A stretch of 64,000 bases of DNA from Scyliorhinus canicula (taxonomy: Eukaryota). The translations under genes were made by a program, and so were the position numbers. Location of the stretch: contig NC_052159.1 in NCBI RefSeq assembly GCF_902713615.1, positions 20,348,018 through 20,412,017 of the forward strand. Direction: 5' to 3'. The notes under the pieces were generated by a model. That model was not told the origin of the DNA. It searched no databases and saw only the letters and a list, made by a program, of their open reading frames with translations. Positions 26,956 to 39,575 of the stretch are shown piece by piece (the stretch's first letter is position 1; each line of letters begins with the position of its first letter).

Positions 26956-28852
26956 GTCAGCACGGCTTTGCCAAAAGTTAGTCATGTCTATTCGAGTTCT
27001 TTGACGAGGAAACAAGGAAGTTAGACAAAGGAGAACCAGTGGACGTGATTTATTTAGATTGCCAGAAGGCCTTTGACAAGGTGCTGCATAGGAGACTGCT
27101 AAATAAATTAAGAGCCCATGGTGTTAAGGATAAAATCCCAGCATGGATAGAGGATTGGCTGACTGGCAGAAGGCAGAGAGTGGGGATAAAGGGGTCTTTT
27201 TCAGGATGGCAGCCGATGACTAGTGGTGTGCCTCAAGGATCTGTGCCGGGACCACAACTTTTCACAATATACATTAATGATCTGGAAGAAGGAACTGAAG
27301 GCACTGTTGCTAAGTTTGCAGATGATACAAAGATCTGTAGAGGGACAGGTAGTATTGAGGAAGCAGGGGGGCTGCAGAAGGATTTGGACAGGCTAGGAGA
27401 GTGAGCAAAGAAGTGGCAGATGAAATACAATATGTGAGGTTATGCACTTTAGAAGGAGGAATGGAAGCATAGGCTATTTTCTAAATGGGGGAATCCTTAG
27501 GAAATCAGAAGCACAAAGCGACTTGTGAGTCCTTGTTCACGATTCTCTTACGGTTAACGTGCAGGTTCAGTCGGCAGTTCGGAAGGCAAATGCAATGTTA
27601 GCATTCATGTTGAAAGGGCTAGAATACAAGACCAGGGTGTACTTCTGACGCTGTATAAGGCTCTGGTCAGACCCCAATTGGAGTATTGTGAGCAGTTTTG
27701 GCCCCGTATCTAAGGATGGATGTACTGGCCTTGGAAATGGTCCAGTGGAGGTTCACAAGAATGATCTCTGGAATGAAGAGCTTCTCATATGAGGAACGGT
27801 TGAGAACTCTGGGTCTGTACTCGTTGGAGATTAGAAGGATATGGGGGGATCTTATTGAAACTTACAGGATACTGCGAGGCCTGGATAGAGTGGATGTGGA
27901 GAGGATGTTTCCACTTGTAGGAAAAACCAGAAGCAGAGGACACAATCTCAGACTAAAGGGACGATCCTTTAAAACAGAGATGAGGAGGAATTTTTTCAGC
28001 CAGAGGGTGGTGAATCTGTGGAACTCTTTGCCACAGAAGGCTGTGGAGGCCAAATCACTGAGTGTCTTTAAGCCAGAGATAGATAGGTTCTCGATTAATA
28101 AGGGGATCAGGGGTTGTGGGGAGAAGTCAGGAGAACGGGGATGAGAAAAATATCAGCCATAATTGAATGGCGGACCAGACTCAATGGGCCGAGTGGCCTA
28201 ATTCTGCTGCTATGTCTTATGGTCATATGGTATTTCAGGAAGTTTGGAAGATTAAGACAACCCCTCCAACAATCTCTGCTTCCACTCCACCTAGCAACCT
28301 GGTCGCCCAGGTAACGTATTCATTCTGATCCAGCCTTTCCTCTATGTATTTACATTGTGTTTTTATTGTATGCCCTATTTTAGGGAACGTTGTGTCTGGA
28401 CTGACCGCAGAACAATACTTTTCACTGTACCTCTGTACACGTGACAATAAACCCAAATCCAATGTGTCCTGTCCGCCATTATCACCCCATTCATTAGCTC
28501 TGCCATCTCAGCTGCTACCAATACTTTGTCAGCATCCTCTTCCTTAATTATAGGCATGATGTGGAGATTCCGGCATTGGACTGGGGTGGGCACAGTAAGA
28601 AGGCTATCGTCCAACAGGTTTATTTGGAATCACTAGCTTTCAGAGCGCAGCTCCTTCATCAGATCCATCACAGGTTTCCCCCTGGTTGTATTTCCTCTCA
28701 TCCCATTATTTATAGGCCAGTAGGTATTGGGTTCTCTTTTATGTTGTATTTCATCCTATTCTCAGATTCTCTTTCTCAGCCTTGATTTTCCTCTTCACTT
28801 CCCCTCTCAATTTGGCTTGGTTCTTGCTAAATAATTCACCTCCCTTATGTTT

Positions 28853-29309
28853 TGTTATGCTCTTGCCGTAGCATAAGGTGCTTCCTTGATGTGCACTCTG
28901 ACAAAGGAAGGTTCAGACTTGGAGATAGCTTTAACACATTTATTAAACTAACAATTCTCCTACTTGGATTCGACTCTCCTGTTAATCCTGCTATAGCTAC
29001 TCAGACTCACAAACCAGTCTGCTACAATCCACGCGGTGGGTGTGATGTGTTTCTAATCAACTCTGTGTACTCACTGAGTGTCTCCACTGGAAAGAGGAAG
29101 ACCATGTGTGCCGTGTCCTTATATATGGGTTGGTGTAATGCCCTCCTGTGGTAGTGTCACCTCTTGACTGTATCGTGACTGCCCATTGTTGTGTCCTATC
29201 TTACTGGCCTATTGGTTGAATGTCTGTGTGTCATGTCTTTGGTGCTCCCTCTAGTGTCTATCTAGTCTACATGTATTTACATTAACCCCTTGTGTATTAC
29301 GTCACCACA
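28853..29309 (-). mobile_element. Probable solo LTR
   Basis: TG...CA ends; minus-strand TATA and AATAAA; AGGGGTTAA near its 5' end; TSD not clear. Confidence 0.55.
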
Positions 29310-29324
29310 CATTACACCGATCTT

Positions 29325-30053
29325 GAGCGGGATTCTCCCCTACCCGGCGGGTCCCGGCGGGATGGAGTGGCGTGAACCACTCTGGCATCGAGCCGCCCCA
29401 AAGGTGCGGAGACTTTAGGGGCTAACCCTAACATTGAGGGGCTAGGCCCGCGCTGGAGTGGTTGGCGTCCTGCCGGCCAGCGGGAACGGCCTTTGGTGCT
29501 ATGCCAGCCGGGGCCGAAGGGACTTCACCAGCCGGCGGAAGTCCGCGCATGCGCCGGAGCGTCAGCAGCTGCTGACGTCATCCCCGCGCATGCGCAGGGG
29601 AGGGGGTCACTTCCGCCTCCACCATCGTGAAGACTATGGCAAAGGCGGAAGGAAAAGAGTGCCCCCACGGCACAGGCCCGCCCGCCGATTGGTGGGCCCC
29701 GATCACAGGCCAGGCCACCATGGGGGCATCCCACGGGGCCAGATCGTCCCGCACCCCCCCCCCCCCCCCCCCCCCCAGGACCTCAGAGCCTGCCCGCGCC
29801 GCCTGGTCCCGTCGGTAAGGGAAGTAGTTTGATTCACACCGTCGGGACCGGCATGACAGCGGCAGGACTTCAGCCCATCGCGGGCCGGAGAATCACGGGG
29901 GGGGGGGGGGGGGGGGGGGGCGCCAACAGGCACGGCACGATTCCCGCCCCCGCCGAATCTCTGGTGCCGGAGACTTCGGGAGACGGTGGGGGCGGGATTC
30001 ACGCCAGCCCCCGGCGATTCTCCGACCCGGCGGGGGGTCGGAGAATCCCGTCC
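29325..30053. mobile_element. GC-rich Harbinger-type MITE
   Basis: TIRs GAGCGGGATTCTCC / GGAGAATCCCGTCC; 3-bp TSD CTT. Confidence 0.82.
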
Positions 30054-33000
30054 CTTGTTTCATCATATTCTTTATCTCTCGCATGAGCCAAGAAGCTCTG
30101 GCTTTGATTTCTCTATCCCCAACCACCATGTCAAAAAGTACTAAGTCTCTACCTGAAAGATCATTCATTATTCCATTAGTTTTTCCCCTGGTTGAATTTC
30201 CTCTGATCGAGCACTGCCCAACAATACTGTAGCCCATACTCACTTTTTCCATGAATTACTTGAAAGTGGCAAGCGAACAAAAAAAAACGCAATCCAACGT
30301 TTTACAAACAACACTTTTATTCACAGTCTTGAAAAAAATAGTTGTTCTACTGTAAACAATTCACATGATAATTAAAACATACTTGCCGAAATTGTGCACT
30401 GATCTTTTATATCAGAAACTCCACCTCAATTACTTTCCACATAACTAATAGTACTAGTGCAATAATACAGGTTTAACTTTTTTTTTAAATTGACAGTTCC
30501 GAACATTCTCATTTTGCTTTTAATGCTACACCGTTCAACACCCAATTTGCCTGATCCTACACTATGCTCAGTAACACCCAGTGCGTAGGGTAATACAGGC
30601 TACAAGCTACTCATTTCCCATGTCTGTGCAGTCCTGGGTCTCACCTTCCTCCTGCACGTTGCCATCACTGCTGTGCAGTTACTTTAAAATCTTCCCTTCC
30701 ATTAAATTAATCAGCTCCCGTGTGATTTACATTAAATAACACAGCCCTCGAGCTGGAGAAGGCTGGACTAGTTAGGCCTCGTTGGACTTTCCAACAGGGA
30801 ACCGTTATCATTTTGTGAAATGTAATCAAATTTCCGTTAACCCAATTCTGGGAGGTGCAGGAAGGCCCAGAACATACCCAGATGTGCAAAATATTGTGTT
30901 GCTTTCCAACCATTTCTTCCGATTTTACATCCTTTTCTGATTGAACTTTAATACCAATTACACAGAAGAAAATATGGTAATTTGGGTAGAATTAAAATGA
31001 ACAAGGATGGATTACTTGATATCAGTGTTTTTCTCTACAAATTTCCCTTTTGTAAAATACAGGCACGCCCAGAAATTCTGTTCAATATTCCTAATCATGT
31101 GAAAGGAACCTACGTGTGAATGCAAAAAAGAAAAGCTTGGCCTGCATGTTTCTTTATCTTTTCAAACCAACCAGAAAACTGACATTGTGAAAAGGCAAAG
31201 TTTCAAATCAACCTTATTTGACATCTAACTGTTGGAAAACTGCTCAAAAATCCAGTGGATCTAAAGTCCATCTTTATAAGCCTCCAAATTGCTCTAGGAA
31301 ACATGGATTTTGATCAGGGATCCCATCGAAATGCCAAATAGACTCTTATCTTTCGTATTGCCAATGGCCCTGTTTTGCATTTCCATTGTAGTTTGTATTT
31401 GTTTCAGGAACACAGTATTTCTTTCTAGTTGATAATATAAGCTGCAATATGCTGGGGTTCTCCAACAGCATGAAACAGGTGTCTCAGACAGAGAGCAGCC
31501 ATTAAGGTCACAGCCAGTGAAGCATTTCTGAAGATTATTGTTTTAACATATGGACACCTGGCAGTCAAATTGCACACAGCCAGGATTCGAAAAAAGAATA
31601 AAATAATCAGTTTTACTAATGTTGGCTGATGGATAAAATGGGCCGGGACATTGAGAACTCTCCTGCGCTACTCTGAATAATGCCATTGGCTAGTCCATTA
31701 CAGTTCACTGTTTCATCCAAAAACAGCACCTCTGACAGTGCAGCACTTCCTCAATACTGCATTGAAGTGCTATCTTAGATTAACGCTCATGTGTCTGGGA
31801 TAGAGCTTGAATCCACAACTCCTGACTCAGTGTCAGCAGTGCTCCTTCTGAGCCAAGGTTGACATCTGGCATTCAGGCGAGCCAAAGAAGATACTTAATG
31901 GCATTGCAGGTATAAACCAGAAACACTGGCTCAGCTATTCCAGTCTATTGATCGTCAAAGACCAGATGAACCCTGAATGATGCTCTATGGGACTCCTCAG
32001 AAGTCCCAACACAAGGTCTCCATGGGAATTATTCAGAAAGTTTGAACTTATGATGGGAAATTCCCTGCTCCCTAGGGCCCTCTGAGAAAATCCGAGTTAG
32101 AGGACAGTTCTAGTTTGTTCATCTGGATTGTTATCCAGGAAATATAGAAAATAGGAACAGGAGGAGGCCATTCGGCCCTTCGAGCCTGCTCTGCCTTTCA
32201 TTCTGATCATGGCTGATCATCCAACGCAATAGCCTAATCCCACCTTCCCTCATATCCTTTGATCCCATTCGCTCCAAGTGCTATATATAACTGCTTCTTG
32301 AAACTAAACAATGTTTTGGCCTCAACTACTTTCTGTAGTAATGAATTCCACAACCCGACCACTCTCTGGGTGAGGAAATTTCTCCTCATCTTTGTCCATA
32401 ATCATAGAATCCATACAGTGCAGGATGAGGCCATTTGGCCCATGGAGTCTGCACCGGCCCCATCTCCAGCCCTACTTTCACTTTGGACACTTGGGGGAAA
32501 TTTAGCACGGCCAATCCACCTAACCTGCACATCTTTGGACTGTGGGAGGAAACCGGAGCACCCGGACGAAACCCTCACAGACAGGGAGAGAACGTGTAAA
32601 CTCCACACAGACAGTGACCCAAGCCGGGAATCAAACCCGCATCCCTTTTGCTGTGATGCAGCAGTGCTAACCACTGTGCCGCTCACTGTATCCTCAGACT
32701 TTAACCCCTAGTTCTGGGCAACCCCACCATCGGGAATATCCTCTTGCATCTACCCGGTCTAGGCCAGTTAGAATTTTTTATAGGTTTCTGTGACATCCCA
32801 CCTCCATTCTTCTGAACTCCAACAAATAAAATCCGAACCGACTCAATCTCTCCTCATACGTTCAGTCCTGCCATCCCAGGAATCTTTCTGGTAAACTTTA
32901 CTGCACTCCCTCTAGAGCAAGAACATCCTTCCTCAGGTAAGGAGACACAATATTCCAAGTGTGGCCAGGATTGAACCCGGGTCCTCGGTGCCATGAGGCA

Positions 33001-35389
33001 GCAGTGCTAACCACTGTGTCACTATGCCGCCCCAAGTTTCCTGAAAGCTTTCCCCTTCTTAATCCCTTGGTTCTCCTTTGCCGAATTCTAAACTGCTCCC
33101 AATCCGGAGACCTGTTATTTTTCTTGGCCAATTTGTATGTGAGGCCAGAATAAATTCTGGTCTAACCCCTGGATAACTAGACAACTAACCCCACAAACTA
33201 CCCCCCTGTACCCCAACTTCCTCCAAACCGACCTGACCATCCCCCACCACCCAATGTTTCCCTGTCCCCGGACAGAACTAGACCCCCCCTCCCCCTGCTG
33301 ACCCAAACTGGCTAGCCCCCGACCCAACCAAATTTCCCCCAACCAGACTCAAACTCCCAACCCACCCTACCCACCTCGCCTATATACCTACCTGCCACTC
33401 TACCTATCTCATCCAACTGCCACCCGATCCTCCTTACACACTTACCTTCTCTCCTTAGCTATTTTCAAAACAGATTTGGAAAATGTAAACTTTTTACTTA
33501 GCGGAATCACAGAATCCCTACAGAGCAGAAGGAGGCCATTCAGCCCGAGTTTGTACCTACCCTCTGAAAGGGCACCCTAACGAGGCCCACTCCCCCGTCT
33601 TCTCTAACCCTACCTAACCTACACATCCCTGGACACTAAGGGGCAATTTTATCATGGCCAATCCACCTAAGATGCACATCTTTGGACTGTGGGAGGAAAC
33701 TGGAGCACCCGAAGCAAATCCAAGCATCACGAGCAGAAAGTGCAAACTCCACAAATACAGTCACCAGAGGGCAGAACCCGGTCCATGGCGCTGTGAGGCA
33801 GCAGTGATAACCACTGTGCCACCGTGCCGTGGCATGGAGACTACAGCAGCTAGTGCTCTAAAAGGGCATGTGGCGTCGGTGTGGACTCTTAATAGGAAGC
33901 AGCACAGAGTCAGATCTGAAGGTTCTTCCATTGGAAAATCCCTCAGAAAAGTCAGAGGAAGGCAAGTGTTCATTTCCTGTCGAATCAGGGTTGGAAATAG
34001 GATTTCTGATCCTGATGAGCAAATCTGGGCCTATACTTTCAGATATGCAAGAGGAGAGCTGAAAAGCACGTTTTGATTGTGAAAAACGTTTTTAAAAATA
34101 AATTTAGAGTACCCAGTTTTTTTTTTCTAATTAAGGGCCAATTTAGCGTGGCCAATCCACCTAACCTGCACATCTTTGGGTTGTGAGGGTGAAACCCACG
34201 CAGACACGGGGAGAATGTGGAAACTCCACACAGACAGTGACCCAGGGCCGGGATCGAACCCAGATCCTCTGCTAACCACTGCGCCACCGTGCCGCCCGTA
34301 AAAGATATTTATGACAGGCATCAGAAACCCTTTTTTCTTTTACATGCAGGGAGTTATCAACAGCTGGAACAGGTTGGGAGAACCAAGAGACTGGAATCAT
34401 TTAAGGAACAACAAGACGTCATAATAGCAAGTGCCCCAAAAAGATTAGATCAATTTTGCTGAAGGCAACCGTTCATCCAAAGCTATGCTGTAATTAAACT
34501 GGATACAAAACATATTAGAAATAGGAAAGGGATAGCTAATTGCTTATATGTGAACCCAGATGGCAAATTCAAGTCGTATGTGCCTATCTGAACATTTGGT
34601 TGTCAACTTTTGCTTTGCTATGTATTTTTTCCATATTTAAAAATGATAATTGTTGTTCAAGATCAATAATGGTCCCAGCTGCTACAAATAAAGCCAACAA
34701 ATTGTTTGAAAGCCAACAAATTGTTTGATATCCTGACAAATAGTTTATCCATTTGTATAAAGTTTTGGGTTACAGTAATTGCAACAGAAAAGATTTGTTC
34801 TCCAGTGATTGCCTGCTGAGTTTTCACATTACTCTGCAAAAGGGTTCAGGCACTGATTGATGCTAAAATCCTCACAAAGCACGTGTAAATTTTATCCGTG
34901 TTCTGATAAAAGTCCATCTCGACCCGGGCTGGATTTTTATCCTCAAGGTCGGCAGTGGGAGTGGCCCCACCAAGGGAGAAGGGCCAGGAAGGACAGGATT
35001 TTCATTTCAGGGGGTGGGGGTGTTCGCTGCAGTCAGACCTGCCAACCTGCTAAACAAGTTTGGAGGCAGCCACAGGGGCTTCTGGGTGCAGTGGTGGGCA
35101 GTTTTAAAGGCCTGGTTCAGTGCTGTGGGACTTCATTCCAGTTATAATTGAAACAGAAAGGCCCTACAGCCCTTAATCACAACTGCTTCAACTCCCCATC
35201 CATACCCAGCAGTGCAAACTCCTTTGGGCCTTTATGACCTCCATGCTGAACTATTCCCCCCACAACCCCTGTGGTCCCACATGCCCCAATGTTAGCTTTA
35301 AAAAAAAACATTCAATGCTAACTTTCCACTTACTTAAAAAAAAACTCCCTTTCAATGAGAGCCCAATAAAAGATCCAGGCATTTTCATA

Positions 35390-35739
35390 GATCATAGAAT
35401 TTACAGTGCTGAAGAAGGCCATTCGGCCCATCGAGTCTGCACTGGCTCTTGGAAAGAGCTCCCTACCCAAGGTCCACACCTCCACCCTCTCCCCATAACC
35501 CAGTAACCCCATCCAACACTATGGGCAATTTTGGACACTAAGGGACAATTTAGCATGGCCAATCCACCTAACCTGCACATCTTTGGACTGTGGGAGGAAA
35601 CCGGAGCACCCGGAGGAAACCCACGCACACACGGGGAGGATGTGCAGACTCCGCACAGACAGTGACCCAAGCCGGAATCGAACCTGGAACCCTGGAGCTG
35701 TAAAGCAATTGTGCTATCCACAATGCTACCGTGCTGCCC
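35390..35739 (-). mobile_element. tRNA-derived SINE (HE1-like), near-identical to 13413-13760
   Basis: Reverse-complement match; further copies near 15650, 16945, 18265, 23975, 32400, 33500, 34090, 36140, 50038, 52720, 53037, 63225. Confidence 0.88.
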
Positions 35740-36559
35740 TTTTAAGTATCAATAGCAGAATACGCAAACATTTGAAATCTCTATCTTATGTAAATTAATA
35801 GTGAAATTAACAGTTTAGATCAGAGAGCAAGACCTGTCAATCAAAAACTTTTTCCCTGGTGCTTAATTGTTTCAAAAAGCTGTTTTTACATTATAGGGTT
35901 CATTAGTTCAATAAAGTGTGGAGTGGATAAATGGGCAAAGTGACATACCTTATTCTGGAGGGCATGAGGGGCCATAAGGGGTGGATATGGGCATTCCTTG
36001 GCATGGGGACATGAGGATAACCTTTTGCTCTTATCTTTCAAAAGGTTTCCTCGTGCAGTTCTTTGGTGCCATGAACTAGGATTCTTTGAAAAGCTGGCCT
36101 GACTCCATGAAAATTGAGGACAACTAGGACATGCCATAGGCGGCATGGTGGCGCAGTGGTTATCACTGCTGCCTCACGGCGCCGAGGACCCGGGTTCCAT
36201 CCCGACCTCAGGTCACTGTCCATGTGGAGTTTGCACATTCTCCCTGTGCCTGCTTGGGTCTCACCCCAACAACCGAAAGATCTGCAGGGTAGATGGATTT
36301 GCCACGCTAAATTGCCCCTTAATTGGAAAATAAATAATTGGGCACTCTAAATTTATTTTAAAAACACTAGGACATGTCAATCACTGCAACAGAGGCAGCC
36401 AGGTGGGGACTACGGCTGCGGGGTCACATCCTGAGCCAATCTTCACACTTATGCCGTGGTGAAATCTCAAGAATGAGATCAGGATCCGGCCACCATTTGT
36501 AAAGGTCCACAGAATCTCCCTGACTCCTCAAAAATCCAGCCCATTAACTCTGTTTCTCC

Positions 36560-37508
36560 TGTAGCCATGCTGGCCACGCAAAATGGACACTGAGCCAAAC
36601 TAAAATGGAAGGCTGCTGGGAAACAGACAGTTCAGCCAGAACAGCAGTCTGCAAAGAGCAGTTTGCATTCTGCAGCAGCAGAAACCAGTTTGGGCTCAGG
36701 TGAAAAGACCTTAGCTAGGTGCAAATGGCAAAACGCTTTGCATGCTAATGAGGCCATCAGACTTGAACACCCACACAATAGATACATTTGGTTCTGAATG
36801 GACACATTCCAATCAAGACCCAGACATCGAGGCACCAGAAACCTCCGAACAAAAGGACATAAGAAACGCCCCCTCCATCACGGAGACCCCCTCGCATTGG
36901 GGAATTAATCCAGTATCGATAAGAAATTGATCCAATAGGTAGAGCCCGCCCGAGAAGAGGGAAGGACAACGGAACCCCTATAAAAGATAGGGACCTCGTG
37001 TTGTCCGGTCTGTTAAACCCGTGCTCCGGCTCCGACTGACACCTGGTATCCTGACTCCAGCCGTTGAGCACCAGCCGCCGAAACCGTAAGTTCAACGCTC
37101 GCTACGCGATCCAAGCCCACTAGACTCCCAAGTGCCAGAACGCTTGCTGAAGGCTGCAGACAAAACCAGGACGAAGGCCTCGTTCTCTGACCTTGCCTGT
37201 TCCTGTTAGATAAGTATTCTGTTTGCTTATGTTTAGTTGTAGCTTAGTCTCTTAGTGTGTGCATGAGTATTTATTATTAACTGTATAATAAATATTGATC
37301 GTTTGAACTTGACTAATCGGTGTATCGTCTTTATTACTTTGAACTTGACCTTGGAATACTTGTGACGTTGCCTATACGGCAACTGGCGACTCCAGAGCTA
37401 AATAATTACATAGAACAGAGCCTAGCAGTGTTAAGCACACGTCGAACTCGGAGGCGTGTTAATACACTCCAATAAACGCGTTTTACGCCCATAGTAAAAC
37501 GTGCAACA
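36560..37508 (+). repeat. 5' LTR (949 bp)
   Basis: Starts TGTAGCC, ends GCAACA; CCAAT 36932, TATAAAA 36979-36985, splice donor GTAAGT 37086, AATAAA 37287 and 37471; no visible difference from 45428-46376. Confidence 0.97.
36932..36985 (+). promoter_or_regulatory. LTR U3 promoter (CCAAT box plus TATA box)
   Basis: CCAAT at 36932-36936 and CCCTATAAAAG with typical LTR spacing. Confidence 0.7.
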
Positions 37509-37513
37509 TTTAG

Positions 37514-37531
37514 TGGCGACTCCGCCGGGAC
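37514..37531 (+). other. Primer-binding site complementary to tRNA-Arg(UCU) 3' end
   Basis: TGGCGACTCCGCCGGGAC lies 5 nt after the LTR; its reverse complement GTCCCGGCGGAGTCG-CCA matches the vertebrate tRNA-Arg-TCT 3' end as I recall it. Confidence 0.85.
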
Positions 37532-37826
37532 CCTGTTGTAAGTGGAAACACCACAGTGTCCAGGACCCTGAAATTTGAATTAGAACTCCAAATTGCAGAG
37601 AAAGAAAGAGATCACAAGTATTCAAGGTGTTCAAAATAATAAGCGAAATTCGGAAGTGTGTTTAGTGCATGCGTACTAACAGGGCTGTAAGGTAAAACTG
37701 AAAGCTTTTTGTTGCGACAAACTTTCGGTAGTTTTGTGATCGGAAAATAGCGTAAGCCGTACCCTTTTTTCGAAACACCACCCCAGCAACCCCCTGTTCC
37801 AAATTATACAAAGAGAGTCAGAGGAA

Positions 37827-39575
37827 ATGGCCATGCAGGCAATGGAACGTCTGATGGATCCAGCAAAGTTTGTGGTCGCAGCGACCAGCAGCAGTAGCAG
37901 AGTAGGCCAGTGTCCCACGTGGGAGCTGGAACTCCGCAAATATCTGCAGGGAAAGGGATGGCCCCTTTGGAAAGAGTTTTGTGCAAATGAGGAGACAGGT
38001 CCCGGGAGTATAGGTCATACTTGGTGGGAGAACCTCTCTCAAATACACAAAAAGAGTTTAGGTAAAGCACGCAAGCCGATGGCGATTGTGTCCTGCTTGG
38101 CACAGTTGCGAGGCGCAGAGGAGGTCATCAGGACGCTCCGGGCAGATTTAGAGGAAAGGAACCGAATGAGTAAGGTCGATGTCAGGGACATCGAGAAAGA
38201 AAACCTGGATCTTAAAGGGAAGTTGGCAGAGAAGGGTAGAGAGGTGGATGATGCCAAGAGGGCTCACCAGTCTTGTCTAGCTCATCTGAACAGTTCCCAG
38301 ACCCAGTATGAGAAAGCCTATCAGGACGTGCAACGTGCCGTTCTGATAAGACAGGAATCGGAAAAGCAGGTGGAGGCATTGCAGAGGCAATGTTCCGATC
38401 TCAAAGCAGCTTTGAGAGCACTCCACGCTGCAACGACCGAACAAAGACAAAGCACAGTTGACCACGCGAAATGCAGGAAACAGATTGCGGAACTGCAATC
38501 TCTGCTTTCGGTGCAGAATGGCTTCCAAAGCACCTTTGGAGCACAGTTAGATGGAGAAAACGCCCCAGATTGGCAGGAATTAAGCGAGACAGCGCAGCGT
38601 TATGTTCAGGGAACATGTGCGCCCGCAGCTCAGCAGAAACGACAGGCACCCCAACCCCCCACAGCTCAGATCATAACCGCACCCATGAATCCCGTAACCA
38701 CACAGAGGAAAGCCGAATCAGAAGGCGCCCCAGACATAACTTACACCACCCCTTTAACAGTAACCCAGCTAAGGGACGCTTGTGAAAAGATCACTCCGTT
38801 CCTCCCCACCGCAGACCCCCACCAGTTTTTCGCTAAAGTAAAACAGCAGGCTACCATGTACGGCCTGGATGAGAGAGAGCAGGTTAAGCTCACCGTGCTG
38901 AGCTTAGACCAGAGTGTAGTGGCAGCCCTCCCCGACCCACAAAACGTGGCAGGAGGCAGCCTAGAGGAGATGCACACTGCCATTTTAGATGCCATCGGGT
39001 ACAATAGAGGTGACCCCGTAGAAGGATTGAATAAGTGCAGGCAGAAGAGATCCGAACACCCCACAGCATTCGCAGGAAGGCTGTGGATTCATTTCAGCGC
39101 AGTTTTCGGACAGTTAGATAGAGCGCATTTAACCCGCGAAAACATGGTTAAGTGGACGCGCACAATTATCTCACACGCAACAGAAGCAGGACAGAGCGCT
39201 TGCAATAGTTACGACCCCTCAGAAGAGGCCCATAACGAAAAATGGGTCCTGAAAAGATTGTCCCGCGCTTGGGAGCAATCGCTTCAGGCAAAAGGAAAGG
39301 TTAGATCCCCAGAAGAGGCTCAGGCTGCTGCAGATATCCAAGCAGTCAGAGAGCACCAGAAGCCCGCATGGGTAAATGAAGGCAAGAGCAGCCCTCAACA
39401 GAAAGGACAGGAATGCTATAACTGTGGACAGTTAGGGCATTGGGCAAAAGAGTGTAATGCACCCCAGCGATCTCAGAGAGGCCAGCAGACAGGCACTCTG
39501 AACCGCAACAAAGCAAAACCCATCCACAATGTAGCAGTACAGTCAGGACCCACCAATGTGGACGAGACGAACTGA
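37827..39575 (+). CDS. gag: Gag polyprotein (coiled-coil N-terminal region, capsid, one CCHC knuckle), 582 aa
   Basis: Long ORF after the PBS; MHR-like QKRSEHPTAFAGRL; zinc knuckle CYNCGQLGHWAKEC. Confidence 0.93.
   Translation: MAMQAMERLMDPAKFVVAATSSSSRVGQCPTWELELRKYLQGKGWPLWKEFCANEETGPGSIGHTWWENLSQIHKKSLGKARKPMAIVSCLAQLRGAEEVIRTLRADLEERNRMSKVDVRDIEKENLDLKGKLAEKGREVDDAKRAHQSCLAHLNSSQTQYEKAYQDVQRAVLIRQESEKQVEALQRQCSDLKAALRALHAATTEQRQSTVDHAKCRKQIAELQSLLSVQNGFQSTFGAQLDGENAPDWQELSETAQRYVQGTCAPAAQQKRQAPQPPTAQIITAPMNPVTTQRKAESEGAPDITYTTPLTVTQLRDACEKITPFLPTADPHQFFAKVKQQATMYGLDEREQVKLTVLSLDQSVVAALPDPQNVAGGSLEEMHTAILDAIGYNRGDPVEGLNKCRQKRSEHPTAFAGRLWIHFSAVFGQLDRAHLTRENMVKWTRTIISHATEAGQSACNSYDPSEEAHNEKWVLKRLSRAWEQSLQAKGKVRSPEEAQAAADIQAVREHQKPAWVNEGKSSPQQKGQECYNCGQLGHWAKECNAPQRSQRGQQTGTLNRNKAKPIHNVAVQSGPTNVDETN

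Larger units (their letters stand above)
24370..28225 (+). mobile_element. CR1 LINE ORF2 3' portion plus tail, split by two solo LTRs
   Basis: [61 protein letters not shown] motifs with stops. Confidence 0.92.

Noticed and set aside
36757-37095. 112-aa antisense ORF in both LTRs (HBZ-like idea)
   Set aside because: Non-ATG start and no recognisable features; it is duplicated only because the LTRs are duplicated
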